Virus record (IMG/VR): IMGVR_UViG_3300005529_000001
Location: 62,001-126,000 of that record
Length of the DNA: 64,000 nt
Reading direction: 5' to 3' (one strand)
Both the position numbers and the translations under genes were made by a program. Positions within the stretch are counted from its first letter, which is position 1; each line of letters begins with the position of its first letter. The notes below the pieces were generated by a model. The model ran no database searches and had not been told where the DNA came from. It saw nothing but the letters and a program-made list of their open reading frames with translations. This document shows positions 1 through 8,690 of this stretch, one piece after another.

Positions 1-37
1 CTGGCAACATGACAGTGTCGTCAGCCATGGCGAGATC

Positions 38-298
38 CTACTTCTCGTGACGACGCTTTTTCACAGGCGGGCCGAGGACCTCTCTCCGGCCTATCGCTGA
101 TGAATCACTGGTCCAGGGCTGCCACATCATGTGGACAACAGCGTTAACGAGACCGACGATGACACCGAACCTGGGCATAACACCGCTCGTCTCGGGGTAC
201 CAGATGACCAGGGTGCCCGGAGCGAGGGGACCTTCAAGGCTGATGTGGCGTCGGTCGGAAAACAACCCGTCGGACAACCGGTGGGTCGCGAAGTCCAT
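38..298 (-). CDS. hypothetical protein, SH3-like 'PG..V/FG.IVG/MW' type
   Basis: ORF; PGTLVIW...FGVIVGLV...HMMW pattern resembles the 56.6-59.3 kb family; start chosen at ATG 298. Confidence 0.5.
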   Translation of the reverse strand: MDFATHRLSDGLFSDRRHISLEGPLAPGTLVIWYPETSGVMPRFGVIVGLVNAVVHMMWQPWTSDSSAIGRREVLGPPVKKRRHEK

Positions 299-299
299 C

Positions 300-536
300 T
301 CAGTTGACCTGATAAAGATCGGCAGAGGGAACCCAACCAAACTGGGTACGGGACGTCAGCAACATCACGTAACCGTGGCTTGCAGCGACAACAAGGACCA
401 TGTCATTGGGCATGACCCTGCCACAACGAAAGGCGTCAGCATCCAGGCTGGAGAAAAGCTGCCGCGAGAACTTGTGGGTATAGACGGCCAAGTCCCCGGG
501 TTTCAGACCGGGTCCTGTTCCTGCTTGCGCATCCAT
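300..536 (-). CDS. SH3b-like paralog family protein
   Basis: KPGDLAV...CG...MVLVVAA...MLLT...FGWV family motif; start uncertain. Confidence 0.65.
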   Translation of the reverse strand: MDAQAGTGPGLKPGDLAVYTHKFSRQLFSSLDADAFRCGRVMPNDMVLVVAASHGYVMLLTSRTQFGWVPSADLYQVN

Positions 537-1147
537 TCAGCGATCTCGTGTTGGATGTCCCAGTAAGCTCGCGAAGCCTCACGGTAACGCTCCACCAGCG
601 ACGGAGGGAGCGGGACGGAGTGCTTGTAGAGCAAGGATGCCGACGAGCCCGCCGCCGCTTCGGGCGGCGGGCGCGGCACCGGGTCTTCGATCCCATAGAC
701 CGGGAACTGCTCCGACTCGCTGACGTAGTACCGTGGCAACCCGCTGCGGACCGCCCGTGCGCGCTCGCGGTTCACTGTCTCCCGACGTTCCAGGTTCTTG
801 GCGACGTTGCCGTTACGCTCGCGGCGGCCCTGCCGGACCCAGCCGACGGTCGCGTCAGAGGCACGGGCCATCGCCTCGTCTCGCTCGGCATCGGTGAGGT
901 AGCCGCCCGACGTCGAGAACTCCCCGACGTAGCAACGGGGCTTGACCAGCATGTGGTAGACGACGACCCGGCTGGGATGGATGCCTGTCGCGTGGAACCA
1001 CCGCTGGGTCATGTCATCGCAACCCGGTCCATCGCCGACGACGAAGCTGTAACCGCACTCAGCGGCCTGCACCAGCTTGGGAACGTAGTGCTCGGTGAAC
1101 TCCTCGGGGGTCAGGTCGAGGTGACCCGTCACCATCACTGTCTTCAT
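503..1147 (-). CDS. SLOG-superfamily (YspA/DprA-like) protein, putative
   Basis: TVMVTGH, FVVGDGPGCD, RDEAMARASD pattern; GGAG SD before ATG 1147. Confidence 0.5.
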   Translation of the reverse strand: MKTVMVTGHLDLTPEEFTEHYVPKLVQAAECGYSFVVGDGPGCDDMTQRWFHATGIHPSRVVVYHMLVKPRCYVGEFSTSGGYLTDAERDEAMARASDATVGWVRQGRRERNGNVAKNLERRETVNRERARAVRSGLPRYYVSESEQFPVYGIEDPVPRPPPEAAAGSSASLLYKHSVPLPPSLVERYREASRAYWDIQHEIAEWMRKQEQDPV

Positions 1148-1303
1148 GGCTCTCTCTCCTCCTTCTCCTTGTCTGGGTGGAAGCGGCAGAGGACGTTGTG
1201 GGTGCCGAAGCCCGCGGCGGCACCGCAGCACCGGCAGGTCCAGCAGTTGGCATAGACGCACCAGGCGTCCCAGGGCGGTTCGGGCACCCGGGTGTGGTCG
1301 TCG

Positions 1304-1690
1304 CTAGTAGTCCAGCTTGGTTGGCTCACTGGGAGCCCCCTCCTGTTGGTCGCCGTGGAGCAGCCAGCGACCCAAGCGCTGCAGCTGGGCCCAGGCGAAG
1401 GAAACGAGCACCCCGGCGAAGAACACCGGCGAGTAGGACACCGCCATCGCTCGCTTGCGCCAGCCCCAGCCCTTGGCACGCCGCCAGCCGACCCCGGGAT
1501 CGAGAGCGATGCCCGAGAAGGCATAGCTGATGAAACTGATGATGAAAGCGAAGACGCAGGGCATCACCCAGCTGGGACCACGGTGGAGCTGGGCCAGGCG
1601 GACCGCGACGAACAGCGGGGTGCCCAGGCACGCGAACGGGCCCGCGGCGACGCCGAACAGGAAGACGAAGCGTCTCCAGATGGGTTCCAT
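1304..1690 (-). CDS. membrane protein, paralog of 1690-2058
   Basis: three hydrophobic segments; shared RxF..LF..GP, S(Y/W)xP.FF and W..(H/T)GD motifs; start/stop overlap. Confidence 0.6.
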   Translation of the reverse strand: MEPIWRRFVFLFGVAAGPFACLGTPLFVAVRLAQLHRGPSWVMPCVFAFIISFISYAFSGIALDPGVGWRRAKGWGWRKRAMAVSYSPVFFAGVLVSFAWAQLQRLGRWLLHGDQQEGAPSEPTKLDY

Positions 1691-2058
1691 CACTCGACCC
1701 CCGGGTCGCCGGTGGCGATCCAGCAGACCAGCCGCCACAGCAGCTTGCCGGCACCGGCAACAGCTTGGACAACGAAGACGATGGGCGCCCAAGAAGCCAG
1801 CAGCCACCTCTGCCGGAGAGAGCGGCCCTCAGACTCGCTCCAGAGCCAGACGCGCTCGGTGGAGCCGAGGATGCCGACGATGAAAGAGAGGGCTGACCAG
1901 ACAAAGAAGCACGCCGCGTAGACGCCGGCGGGGGATTGGCGATGGTCCTGAGCGAACACCCACGAACCGACCAACAACAGGCCGGGACCGCAAAAGAGCG
2001 ACAGGACAAAGAACAACCGCTTGAGCGCGTTGTCACGAGCGATGACGGTGCCGCTCAT
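1690..2058 (-). CDS. membrane protein, paralog of 1304-1690
   Basis: three hydrophobic segments; ATGA overlap with the upstream gene. Confidence 0.6.
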   Translation of the reverse strand: MSGTVIARDNALKRLFFVLSLFCGPGLLLVGSWVFAQDHRQSPAGVYAACFFVWSALSFIVGILGSTERVWLWSESEGRSLRQRWLLASWAPIVFVVQAVAGAGKLLWRLVCWIATGDPGVE

Positions 2059-2273
2059 CGCACCACCAGGACGTCGATGCGCTTGCCGTTCTCGGGATCC
2101 GACATGTGCTGCTTGCCGTGGTACTCGCACAGGAACCGCCGGCGACCCTCGGTGAGCTCCTCAGCCTCGGCGAGGCGGACGTCAGCGAGGCGGTACGAGT
2201 GATCGGGCCCGGTGACGACGACCTCAGCGTCGGGGCACTGGAGGCACAGCTTGGCGAGGTCTTTCGCTCTCAT
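2055..2273 (-). CDS. hypothetical protein
   Basis: ORF with cassette promoter 6 nt upstream of ATG. Confidence 0.75.
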   Translation of the reverse strand: MRAKDLAKLCLQCPDAEVVVTGPDHSYRLADVRLAEAEELTEGRRRFLCEYHGKQHMSDPENGKRIDVLVVR

Positions 2274-2305
2274 GGGTACATCCTACCACAGGGCGCGCCA
2301 GACTT

Positions 2306-2638
2306 TCACCGGTAACGGGGCCCCAGCACGAACAGGGTCTCGAAGCCATCGTGAGAGACCTGTTCGAACGGAAACAGGCTGGGCACGTCGCCCCAACGGG
2401 TGCTGTCGTTGTGCCACAGCTGGACGCCACGCCTTGACTCGACCCACCAGTTGTGAGGAGAGGCACCCATCCAGCGATGGAGGGGTTGCCCTGCCCTGAG
2501 GGCCCTGAGGGCCCAGGGACCGACGTGGGCCCGGAGCTTCAGCAAGTCAAACTCGATGCCGGCGGGGGTCTGGCGCATCCGTGCCTCAGCACGGGCGAGG
2601 TCCTCCCGGAGGTGGCGGGCCCTACGTGCGGTTTCCAT
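2306..2638 (-). CDS. hypothetical protein
   Basis: ORF; TGA stop lies in the next -35 box. Confidence 0.65.
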   Translation of the reverse strand: METARRARHLREDLARAEARMRQTPAGIEFDLLKLRAHVGPWALRALRAGQPLHRWMGASPHNWWVESRRGVQLWHNDSTRWGDVPSLFPFEQVSHDGFETLFVLGPRYR

Positions 2639-2643
2639 GTGAC

Positions 2644-2808
2644 TCACCTGTGATAGCAGAGGAGGGCGATGAGCGTCGCGGCGATGAAGGCCAGGCCGAG
2701 CGGCCACGGCCGGGCACGGACGTAGAGGGAGCTGCGCCGCGGCGAGCTCAACATGCTGCGACGCCGCGCGGTCCCGTCAGGGAGGACCTGCTTGAAGGAG
2801 TGACCCAT
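2644..2808 (-). CDS. 54-aa membrane peptide
   Basis: not in ORF track; own promoter GTGAAA..TACAGT; C-terminal hydrophobic segment. Confidence 0.55.
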   Translation of the reverse strand: MGHSFKQVLPDGTARRRSMLSSPRRSSLYVRARPWPLGLAFIAATLIALLCYHR

Positions 2809-3068
2809 GGGAGCACTGTAACACGGGGGCGGCGCACCGTTTCACTGCCGGGGCTGACCGCGGTGTGGCGCATCACCAGGGGGACCAAATTCGAGCGTGA
2901 AATGTCCCGGGATTTTTGTGTGCGATCTAAGCGGGGGCCTCCCCGGCAATGGCCTGCAAAGGTTGCCAGGGGGCCGGGGGGCCATGGGGCCCGCTCGACC
3001 CCATCTTGGGGCCAGGCCCCTAGGCCTTCTGTGGGCCTTCTACGGGGCCCCCTGCCGCCCCGGCCCGT

Positions 3069-3296
3069 TCAACCGTGATCGCGGACAGCTCTGACGAACG
3101 CGCCCGGCACCAGGTCGACGTTGACCCAGTTGGCGCGCTGGCACGTCGGGCAGCGCCAGGTGATCGCGTCGCCGTCGCGGCAGTCGGGCTCGAGCCTGCA
3201 ATCGCTGGGCTCCAGCTCGACGACTGCCTCGCAGGTGCTGTCCTGGCACGTCTGCTGGATCGCTCCCGCTTGCTTCCCTGCCATGATGATCTTCAT
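3069..3296 (-). CDS. Zn-ribbon protein
   Basis: CxxxxC...CPTC; cassette promoter. Confidence 0.7.
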   Translation of the reverse strand: MKIIMAGKQAGAIQQTCQDSTCEAVVELEPSDCRLEPDCRDGDAITWRCPTCQRANWVNVDLVPGAFVRAVRDHG

Positions 3297-3329
3297 GAAA
3301 TTGACTCTACACCCGTTCTTCCATCGGGT

Positions 3330-3536
3330 TCACTCGCCAGCGACGAAGTACGTCGGTTGCCCGGCGAGCCAACGCAGCAGCGTCAGCCACAGCGACTCCC
3401 TGACGAACGTCCGCATGCATGGACGACACATCGCGAGGCTCGGGTGGATCCCCCAGGCGTGCGGTGGGAAGACAGTCTGCGACATCTGGAGCTCCGCGTC
3501 GCAGCAGGTGCAGGCGTACTTCGGGAGGGCGTCCAT
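3330..3536 (-). CDS. small Cys-motif protein
   Basis: CTCC...CRPC; TGATG coupling to 3536-3676. Confidence 0.6.
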   Translation of the reverse strand: MDALPKYACTCCDAELQMSQTVFPPHAWGIHPSLAMCRPCMRTFVRESLWLTLLRWLAGQPTYFVAGE

Positions 3537-3676
3537 CAGTGACAGCAACGCAGCGCGAGGAGGACCCCGACGCCGGCTGCGAGGTAGAAGTAACCCATCC
3601 CGACGAAGACCTCGACCGTCTTGGTCGACGGGACCCGCCGGATGTACGCGTCCCAGATGCTGTGCTGCTCGTCCAT
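3536..3676 (-). CDS. 46-aa membrane peptide
   Basis: not in ORF track; promoter ATGAAA..TAGGGT-N6-ATG. Confidence 0.55.
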   Translation of the reverse strand: MDEQHSIWDAYIRRVPSTKTVEVFVGMGYFYLAAGVGVLLALRCCH

Positions 3677-3688
3677 GAGCTGACCCTA

Positions 3689-4204
3689 TCAGGCGACGTC
3701 GGCCTCTTTCATCTGGTCCTTCCAGGCGTCCCAGTCGAAGTCGCTGTCGTCTCCCGCTGCCATGATGCGAGCCACGCTCGCCCAGCTCCCCGCAGGCGGC
3801 TGCGTCACGTCGTGGTCCTCGAACGCAGCCTTGCGAGCCTCCCGCACGTCCTCGTCAGCGTTGACCTGGGCGAGGCGCTCGGCTGACAGCGTGGTGACGG
3901 GCGCCGAGAACGCCTCTCGCTGCTTGCTGTTGGCGATGTCGCACAGCTGGCGGTGGTACTGCATCGCGATCGTCCGGGCGTTCTGGAGGTGGAAGCCCGT
4001 CAGCTGGCGGCCGCTCTTGACCCAGCGGGCGTAGTAGCTGCCCTTGCTGGCGTGGTTGCTGCGGAAGCCGACCGAGTTGTCGTGCCGCGTGTGGGAGGTC
4101 GCCTTCTCGTCGGCGGTCTGGCGCTCGTAGATCGCCACGATGGCACGCTCGACCGCGCGGGGATTCGTCTGGAGCATCTGCTGGATCCGCTCTTTGTTCC
4201 ACAT
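3689..4204 (-). CDS. conserved phage hypothetical protein (MWNKERIQQML...)
   Basis: true start set by TATACT-N6-ATG; the 417-aa track ORF is an upstream overrun. Confidence 0.8.
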   Translation of the reverse strand: MWNKERIQQMLQTNPRAVERAIVAIYERQTADEKATSHTRHDNSVGFRSNHASKGSYYARWVKSGRQLTGFHLQNARTIAMQYHRQLCDIANSKQREAFSAPVTTLSAERLAQVNADEDVREARKAAFEDHDVTQPPAGSWASVARIMAAGDDSDFDWDAWKDQMKEADVA

Positions 4205-4281
4205 GAGCCCAGTATAACACGCGTCGCCCGAGACCTTCACAGTCCCGAGCGATTCGTTGCTATTTTGTCCGGATGGGCCCG

Positions 4282-4545
4282 TTACCGCAGCATCGACGGG
4301 AAGACCCACGAGGAGACTTCCAGGGCGTACCCCAGGGCGTCGACCTCGTGGGGCTTGGAGGTGTCGTGGGGGCCCTTGAAGGCCACCCCGACGCGGATCA
4401 CCGAGTCTTTCCCGACCTCGACCGCAAGGACCTTGCACGGCTGGTGCTGGCGGGGGCGGTGGGCGTCCGCCGCGACGATGTCCTTGAGCTCGTAGACGCT
4501 GCCGACGACGAGCTCGCACTGGCCGAAGAGTTTGGACCTTGACAT
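4282..4545 (-). CDS. hypothetical protein
   Basis: cassette promoter + ORF. Confidence 0.75.
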   Translation of the reverse strand: MSRSKLFGQCELVVGSVYELKDIVAADAHRPRQHQPCKVLAVEVGKDSVIRVGVAFKGPHDTSKPHEVDALGYALEVSSWVFPSMLR

Positions 4546-4577
4546 GGGTCGACTCTACCAGGATCTGCGATCGTCTT

Positions 4578-4772
4578 TCACCCATTGTCCGGGAATGGAT
4601 GGTAGTTGGTGGGGACGCGTCCCCTGTCGTCGACGGCGTTGAGCGCCTCGACGAGGGCGGTGATGGCTGGGTTCGACATGCCGTCGGTGTTGATGCCGTC
4701 GTTGTCCTCGACCCGACGGATGAAGGTCTGTAGCTCCTGCAGCTGAGCGTGAGTGAAGGTGATGGTTGCCAT
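4578..4772 (-). CDS. hypothetical protein
   Basis: cassette promoter + ORF. Confidence 0.75.
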   Translation of the reverse strand: MATITFTHAQLQELQTFIRRVEDNDGINTDGMSNPAITALVEALNAVDDRGRVPTNYHPFPDNG

Positions 4773-4802
4773 GATGGCAACCTACCACTTTCGTCCGTGA
4801 CC

Positions 4803-5105
4803 TTACACCGGGAGGCGGTCGTTGTAGGTGATGCTGTCCGCCTCATGGAGCGTCCAGTAGAGGTCCCAGTCGGCGTCCTCCAGGTTACGCCAGTCCTGGA
4901 TCCCCGGGTCCCAGACCGCCCATGAGATGAAGCTGATCTCATAGCAGGAGGAGAGCAACCGCGTGCCGTCGGGGGAGAGCGAGAGGGTGTGGTAGCCTTC
5001 CTCGACCTTGTTCTGTTCCTCCGATTCCATGACGTCGTCCGTCAGGCAACCGGGGAAGAGCCGCGCTGCTTGGTCCGGGGTGAGGCGCTTGAGGGTGATG
5101 TCCAT
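4803..5105 (-). CDS. acidic hypothetical protein
   Basis: cassette promoter + ORF. Confidence 0.75.
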   Translation of the reverse strand: MDITLKRLTPDQAARLFPGCLTDDVMESEEQNKVEEGYHTLSLSPDGTRLLSSCYEISFISWAVWDPGIQDWRNLEDADWDLYWTLHEADSITYNDRLPV

Positions 5106-5164
5106 GACAGCATCCTAACACGCGCGTGCCCGACCTTTCACAGATCGGGCACGAGTTTTGTTGG

Positions 5165-5344
5165 TCAGTGGTTGTCGTTGGTCCGGACCCCGATGTACGG
5201 TCCCCAGTCGTCTTGGTACTCGGAACGTGGGATGAGTTCGATGTCAAACGCGACGGACGGGTCGGTGTCCATGGACAGTTCCTTGTCACCGTGACCCTCG
5301 GACACGAGGGCGTCAACCATCTCCTTCAGGTCGTTCAGTGTCAT
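5165..5344 (-). CDS. 59-aa acidic protein, GC-dinucleotide-depleted gene
   Basis: not in ORF track; MTLNDLKEMVDALVSEGHGD...; own promoter; only 2 GC dinucleotides, both Ala codons. Confidence 0.75.
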   Translation of the reverse strand: MTLNDLKEMVDALVSEGHGDKELSMDTDPSVAFDIELIPRSEYQDDWGPYIGVRTNDNH

Positions 5345-5618
5345 GAACCGAATCTACCACGAGTCGTTGCCTGTTTTCACCGAAAGACGCGCGGACCTGT
5401 CGCACCCAGTCCTGGGCATCGTAGAGACCGGCTTGCGCAGCGAGCCCATCGAGCTCATCAAGCTGGTCCTGGAGTGACTTCTGCGACTGCGGCTTGGTCC
5501 CCATCAGCTTCCTCCGGCGCTTTTCTCGACGGTCACCGAGCCGTTCGAGGGAGAGCCCTATCACGAAGATGGCAACGAACATGACGATAACGCCGTGGAA
5601 GAAGCACGTCTCGTCCAT
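5313..5618 (-). CDS. membrane-anchored hypothetical protein
   Basis: cassette promoter; N-terminal TM segment. Confidence 0.65.
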   Translation of the reverse strand: MDETCFFHGVIVMFVAIFVIGLSLERLGDRREKRRRKLMGTKPQSQKSLQDQLDELDGLAAQAGLYDAQDWVRQVRASFGENRQRLVVDSVHDTERPEGDG

Positions 5619-5650
5619 GTCCCGATCCTACCTCAGCTCATCAGCGACTT

Positions 5651-5842
5651 TCACCCGAGACGTGCTTCGACGACCTTGCTCTGGACGACAACGCAGCTGA
5701 CGCGGTCAGCGACGCTGTCTGCGGGCCAGCCGAGCATCGGCTCGCCGTCGACCGAGACGAGCCGGAAGATCATGTTCTTTGCTTCGGCGAGGTTCTGGGC
5801 GCCCTTCTTGCTGAGGCCGATGAAGTCGGCTGCGCCGCTCAT
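5651..5842 (-). CDS. hypothetical protein
   Basis: ATGA-coupled to 5839-6036; stop in next -35 box. Confidence 0.7.
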   Translation of the reverse strand: MSGAADFIGLSKKGAQNLAEAKNMIFRLVSVDGEPMLGWPADSVADRVSCVVVQSKVVEARLG

Positions 5843-6036
5843 CGCGGGCCCGCCCGGAGACCCGCGGCCTCCTGGATGTCGAGGCGCATCAGCCTGCACT
5901 CGTCTGCCGCAGTCACCAGCGCGTCTTGTTGGAGCTTGACCTGCGACGTCAGCTGCTCGATCTTGTCAGCTGCGTCGTTGTGGTTGAAGAGGCGGAGCTC
6001 TGCGATGAGCTGCTCGGTGGTCTTGCGCTTTGCCAT
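5839..6036 (-). CDS. hypothetical coiled-coil protein
   Basis: cassette promoter + ORF. Confidence 0.7.
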   Translation of the reverse strand: MAKRKTTEQLIAELRLFNHNDAADKIEQLTSQVKLQQDALVTAADECRLMRLDIQEAAGLRAGPR

Positions 6037-6119
6037 GGTCTCACTCTACCTGGATCTGCGGGTGATTTTCACCGAGCACCCGCGTCGGGGACACATCCAA
6101 CCCGTCTTGAGCCTGATCT

Positions 6120-6293
6120 TCATCGGTCGTCTCCACGCAGACGATACCCGTCCGCTCTGAGCGTTGCCTCGACGAGGCGTGAGCGCGGTGTCTCGAACGA
6201 GAACACGAAGCCCTGGGCTTCACGGACCTCCCGCTCGGCGATCGTCTCGAGCATCGTCTTCTTGTTGTCAACGGCGAGCGGGGAGCGCGGCAT
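6120..6293 (-). CDS. 57-aa hypothetical protein
   Basis: not in ORF track; TAGAGT-N6-ATG promoter. Confidence 0.6.
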   Translation of the reverse strand: MPRSPLAVDNKKTMLETIAEREVREAQGFVFSFETPRSRLVEATLRADGYRLRGDDR

Positions 6294-6308
6294 GTCCAGA
6301 CTCTACCC

Positions 6309-6545
6309 TCAGTAGCACGCCTGTTTCACCGAGGCCATGAAGCCCTGGGCGAAGAGCTGCTCCTCTTTCACGTCACGTGCTCCCGCTTCGGCCTTGAGCA
6401 TGAAAGCGGTGGGCGAGTCACCCGGGATGCCGAAGAACTCGGTGTCCAGGAAACGGTGCCGCAACGCGGCGATGCAACGCTCGGCGTTGCGCTTCGCCTC
6501 AGCCGGGCTGAACGGGTGGTCGATCATGATGATGTCCTGCACCAT
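6309..6545 (-). CDS. hypothetical protein
   Basis: cassette promoter + ORF. Confidence 0.7.
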   Translation of the reverse strand: MVQDIIMIDHPFSPAEAKRNAERCIAALRHRFLDTEFFGIPGDSPTAFMLKAEAGARDVKEEQLFAQGFMASVKQACY

Positions 6546-6577
6546 GATCGAATCCTACCTCGTTCTCGCCTGACCTT

Positions 6578-7006
6578 TCACTGCTTCAGGCCGAAGCCCT
6601 CGGTGACACCACGTGCTCGCCGGGCAGCTGCCGTCAGGTAGACGGTGTAGACGCGGCGCTCGTGGGCCTGGTAGGTGACGTACTGCAGGTCGTCGGCGAT
6701 GCTCCAGTAGACGTCGCTCTTCACCTTGTTCTCGTCCTCGACGAAGTCGGCCTCGCACTTCTGCCCATCGCCCGTCATCGCAGCGTGGGCCTGCACCTGC
6801 TTGAGGACCCGCTTCACCTGTTTCGGGTTCACCGCCTCGTCGTCGTAGGCGTATCCGGTCTCCGCTTCTGCCTCCTTGCGGTTCTCCGCGGTGATGCAGT
6901 ACTTGCCGTTGCAGCCGCAGGCGCAGCCGGGCTTGCCGCTGTACGCCTTGATGATGTCCGAGACGGTGAGGGAAGCGAGGTGTTGCTTGGCGGTGGTAGC
7001 GTCCAT
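6578..7006 (-). CDS. hypothetical protein with YSGKPGCACGC motif
   Basis: TATAGT-N6-ATG fixes the start. Confidence 0.75.
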   Translation of the reverse strand: MDATTAKQHLASLTVSDIIKAYSGKPGCACGCNGKYCITAENRKEAEAETGYAYDDEAVNPKQVKRVLKQVQAHAAMTGDGQKCEADFVEDENKVKSDVYWSIADDLQYVTYQAHERRVYTVYLTAAARRARGVTEGFGLKQ

Positions 7007-7038
7007 GACCAAACTATACCTCGCTTCCCCGTTGACTT

Positions 7039-7335
7039 TCACCGCCACTCGCAGGTGGCCGCGCGCCCGCCGGTGTACAGGTCCTGCATCTCTCCACACA
7101 CCCAGTGACGGGTGGTCTTGGCGACCGCGTGCTGGGGGACGCTGGCGACGATGGTGAACTCGTGGACCTGGATGACCTCGGGTGCCGCCGGGATGTCGAG
7201 GCTGGTGGGAGCCTCCAGCGCCGGGACGGGAACGCTCGGGTCGGCGTGGGAGCCGGTGCCCTGCGAAGCAAGGGCGATGCCAGTGCCGAGGAAGAGACCG
7301 ATGACCGCAGCGATGAAGAAGATGTGGAATTTCAT
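7039..7335 (-). CDS. secreted/membrane protein
   Basis: signal-peptide-like N-terminus; leadered promoter with AAAGGA SD. Confidence 0.7.
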   Translation of the reverse strand: MKFHIFFIAAVIGLFLGTGIALASQGTGSHADPSVPVPALEAPTSLDIPAAPEVIQVHEFTIVASVPQHAVAKTTRHWVCGEMQDLYTGGRAATCEWR

Positions 7336-7401
7336 GGGGTGGTGTCCTTTCCGTTGATGGACTGACTCTACCTCGATCTGCGCTGATCTTTCACAGGTTC
7401 A

Positions 7402-7528
7402 GCTCGTCGCTCCCAGTTGTCACTGGGCTCGCGCCGTGGGGCACCAGGCGTACTCGCTCCCGAGCAAGGAGCTTTCGGCCCAGCGGCTCTTCCCCGCCGG
7501 GAGCGACGAGCCGAGCCCGTGAGGGCTC
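7402..7528. ncRNA. candidate structured RNA
   Basis: perfect 13-bp closing stem 7402-7414/7499-7511 with internal hairpins, plus a GAGCCC-GTGA-GGGCTC hairpin; no credible ORF. Confidence 0.4.
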
Positions 7529-7534
7529 AGGCGT

Positions 7535-7729
7535 TCAGCTGTCGCCGAACATCTTGTCGTTGACGACGAATGACGTGGTCGCCGCGCACCACAGCAGGCA
7601 CAGCTGCTCATCCGTCATCGACGGGAAGGCGTTGCGGAGGTCATCGGTGCTCCCACCCGCGTTGTAGAGGATGGTGGCACGGGCGATGTCATCGCAGTTG
7701 GGGCGAGAATCGTAGCTTCCGATGTCCAT
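7535..7729 (-). CDS. hypothetical protein
   Basis: TACAGT-N6-ATG fixes the start. Confidence 0.7.
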   Translation of the reverse strand: MDIGSYDSRPNCDDIARATILYNAGGSTDDLRNAFPSMTDEQLCLLWCAATTSFVVNDKMFGDS

Positions 7730-7733
7730 GACC

Positions 7734-7829
7734 TTACTGTACCTCCTTTCCCTTCCGGCTTTCACTGATCTGCGTGAAGATGGAGACGACGCCGACACAG
7801 ATGAAGAAGAGCGCGATGCCAGGGTTCAT
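7734..7829 (-). CDS. 31-aa membrane micropeptide
   Basis: MNPGIALFFICVGVVSIFTQ...; own promoter. Confidence 0.6.
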   Translation of the reverse strand: MNPGIALFFICVGVVSIFTQISESRKGKEVQ

Positions 7830-7861
7830 GACCCCAGTCTATCCTGATCTGCGCTGACCTT

Positions 7862-8116
7862 TCACTCCGTGACGACGTTGCCGCGCTTGTCGTAGCGGAC
7901 GACGCTGTCAGCACCCGTCCCGTCCTGCGACGGCTCACCGACGACAGTGGTCTGGGTCACTTCAGACCAACCACCGGTCCCGTCGGGGACGTCAAGGCGC
8001 TGGGTGACCTGGACAGCGTTGCAGTTGTTGCAGACGTGGATGATGAGCCCGCCTCGAGAGCGAAGGGACTCGACCATGGCTGACCTGGGAAAGCGGTGCT
8101 TGGTGCAAGTGTCCAT
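7862..8116 (-). CDS. small Zn-binding protein
   Basis: CxxH...CNNC; cassette promoter. Confidence 0.75.
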   Translation of the reverse strand: MDTCTKHRFPRSAMVESLRSRGGLIIHVCNNCNAVQVTQRLDVPDGTGGWSEVTQTTVVGEPSQDGTGADSVVRYDKRGNVVTE

Positions 8117-8148
8117 GTCAGCATCCTACCATGATCTGCGTTGGTCTT

Positions 8149-8403
8149 TCACTCGTCGTCGTACTTCACGTACTCCGCCTTGATGGCGACGGTGTAGATG
8201 ATGTGCCCCTTCGGGGCGCCGGTGCCCTTCTGGTCGATGTCCTTGCGCATGGTGAACTCGCACGTGGTGGGCGTTCCGGGGGCGGTCAGGTCAACCACCG
8301 CGTTCGGGTGGGCGTCCAGCGAGTCAATGAACGGGTCCATCGGCGCCGCGAGCTCGCACGCGTCGATCATCGCCTGGGCGACCTGTATCAGGTTGGTGTC
8401 CAT
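8149..8403 (-). CDS. hypothetical protein
   Basis: cassette promoter + ORF. Confidence 0.75.
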   Translation of the reverse strand: MDTNLIQVAQAMIDACELAAPMDPFIDSLDAHPNAVVDLTAPGTPTTCEFTMRKDIDQKGTGAPKGHIIYTVAIKAEYVKYDDE

Positions 8404-8435
8404 GGTGTCAGTCTACCACGATCTGCGCGGCGCTT

Positions 8436-8690
8436 TCACCAAGTGCGGCGCTTCGTGTAAACAGCAAAGACGCCCTCCGTTGTGACGGACGCCCACACCC
8501 GCATCCAACCGTTGGCTTCCATGTCGGAGTCAGACTGTGACGACGTGCCGCTCGGGTAGGGCAACACCCGGGTGACGAAGGTGTCGCCACCGCGCTTTTG
8601 CGCAGCGCTAACGGGTGGGTCGATGTCGACCGAGCGTCCCGTTGTGCGGTCGAGAATGACGGTGTCTTCGGGAGAGAATCTGTTGTCCAT
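8436..8690 (-). CDS. hypothetical protein
   Basis: cassette promoter + ORF. Confidence 0.75.
   Translation of the reverse strand: MDNRFSPEDTVILDRTTGRSVDIDPPVSAAQKRGGDTFVTRVLPYPSGTSSQSDSDMEANGWMRVWASVTTEGVFAVYTKRRTW

Noticed and set aside
3689-4942. Long track ORFs 3689-4942 (417 aa), 16337-17326 (329 aa), 22120-23250 (376 aa) and 28542-29447 (301 aa) at full length
   Set aside because: Their 5' parts overlap other promoter-supported genes and read as off-frame, low-complexity sequence. Promoter or SD evidence gives shorter starts at 4204, 16732, 22429 and 28841.
7402-7528. tRNA or hammerhead ribozyme identity for the structured gaps
   Set aside because: No cloverleaf with a T-loop GTTC and no CUGANGA/GAAA catalytic core were found by eye.
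7862-8690. Three consecutive cassettes of identical length (255 nt, 287-bp period)
   Set aside because: The proteins are unrelated and other cassettes vary widely in size, so this is most likely coincidence.
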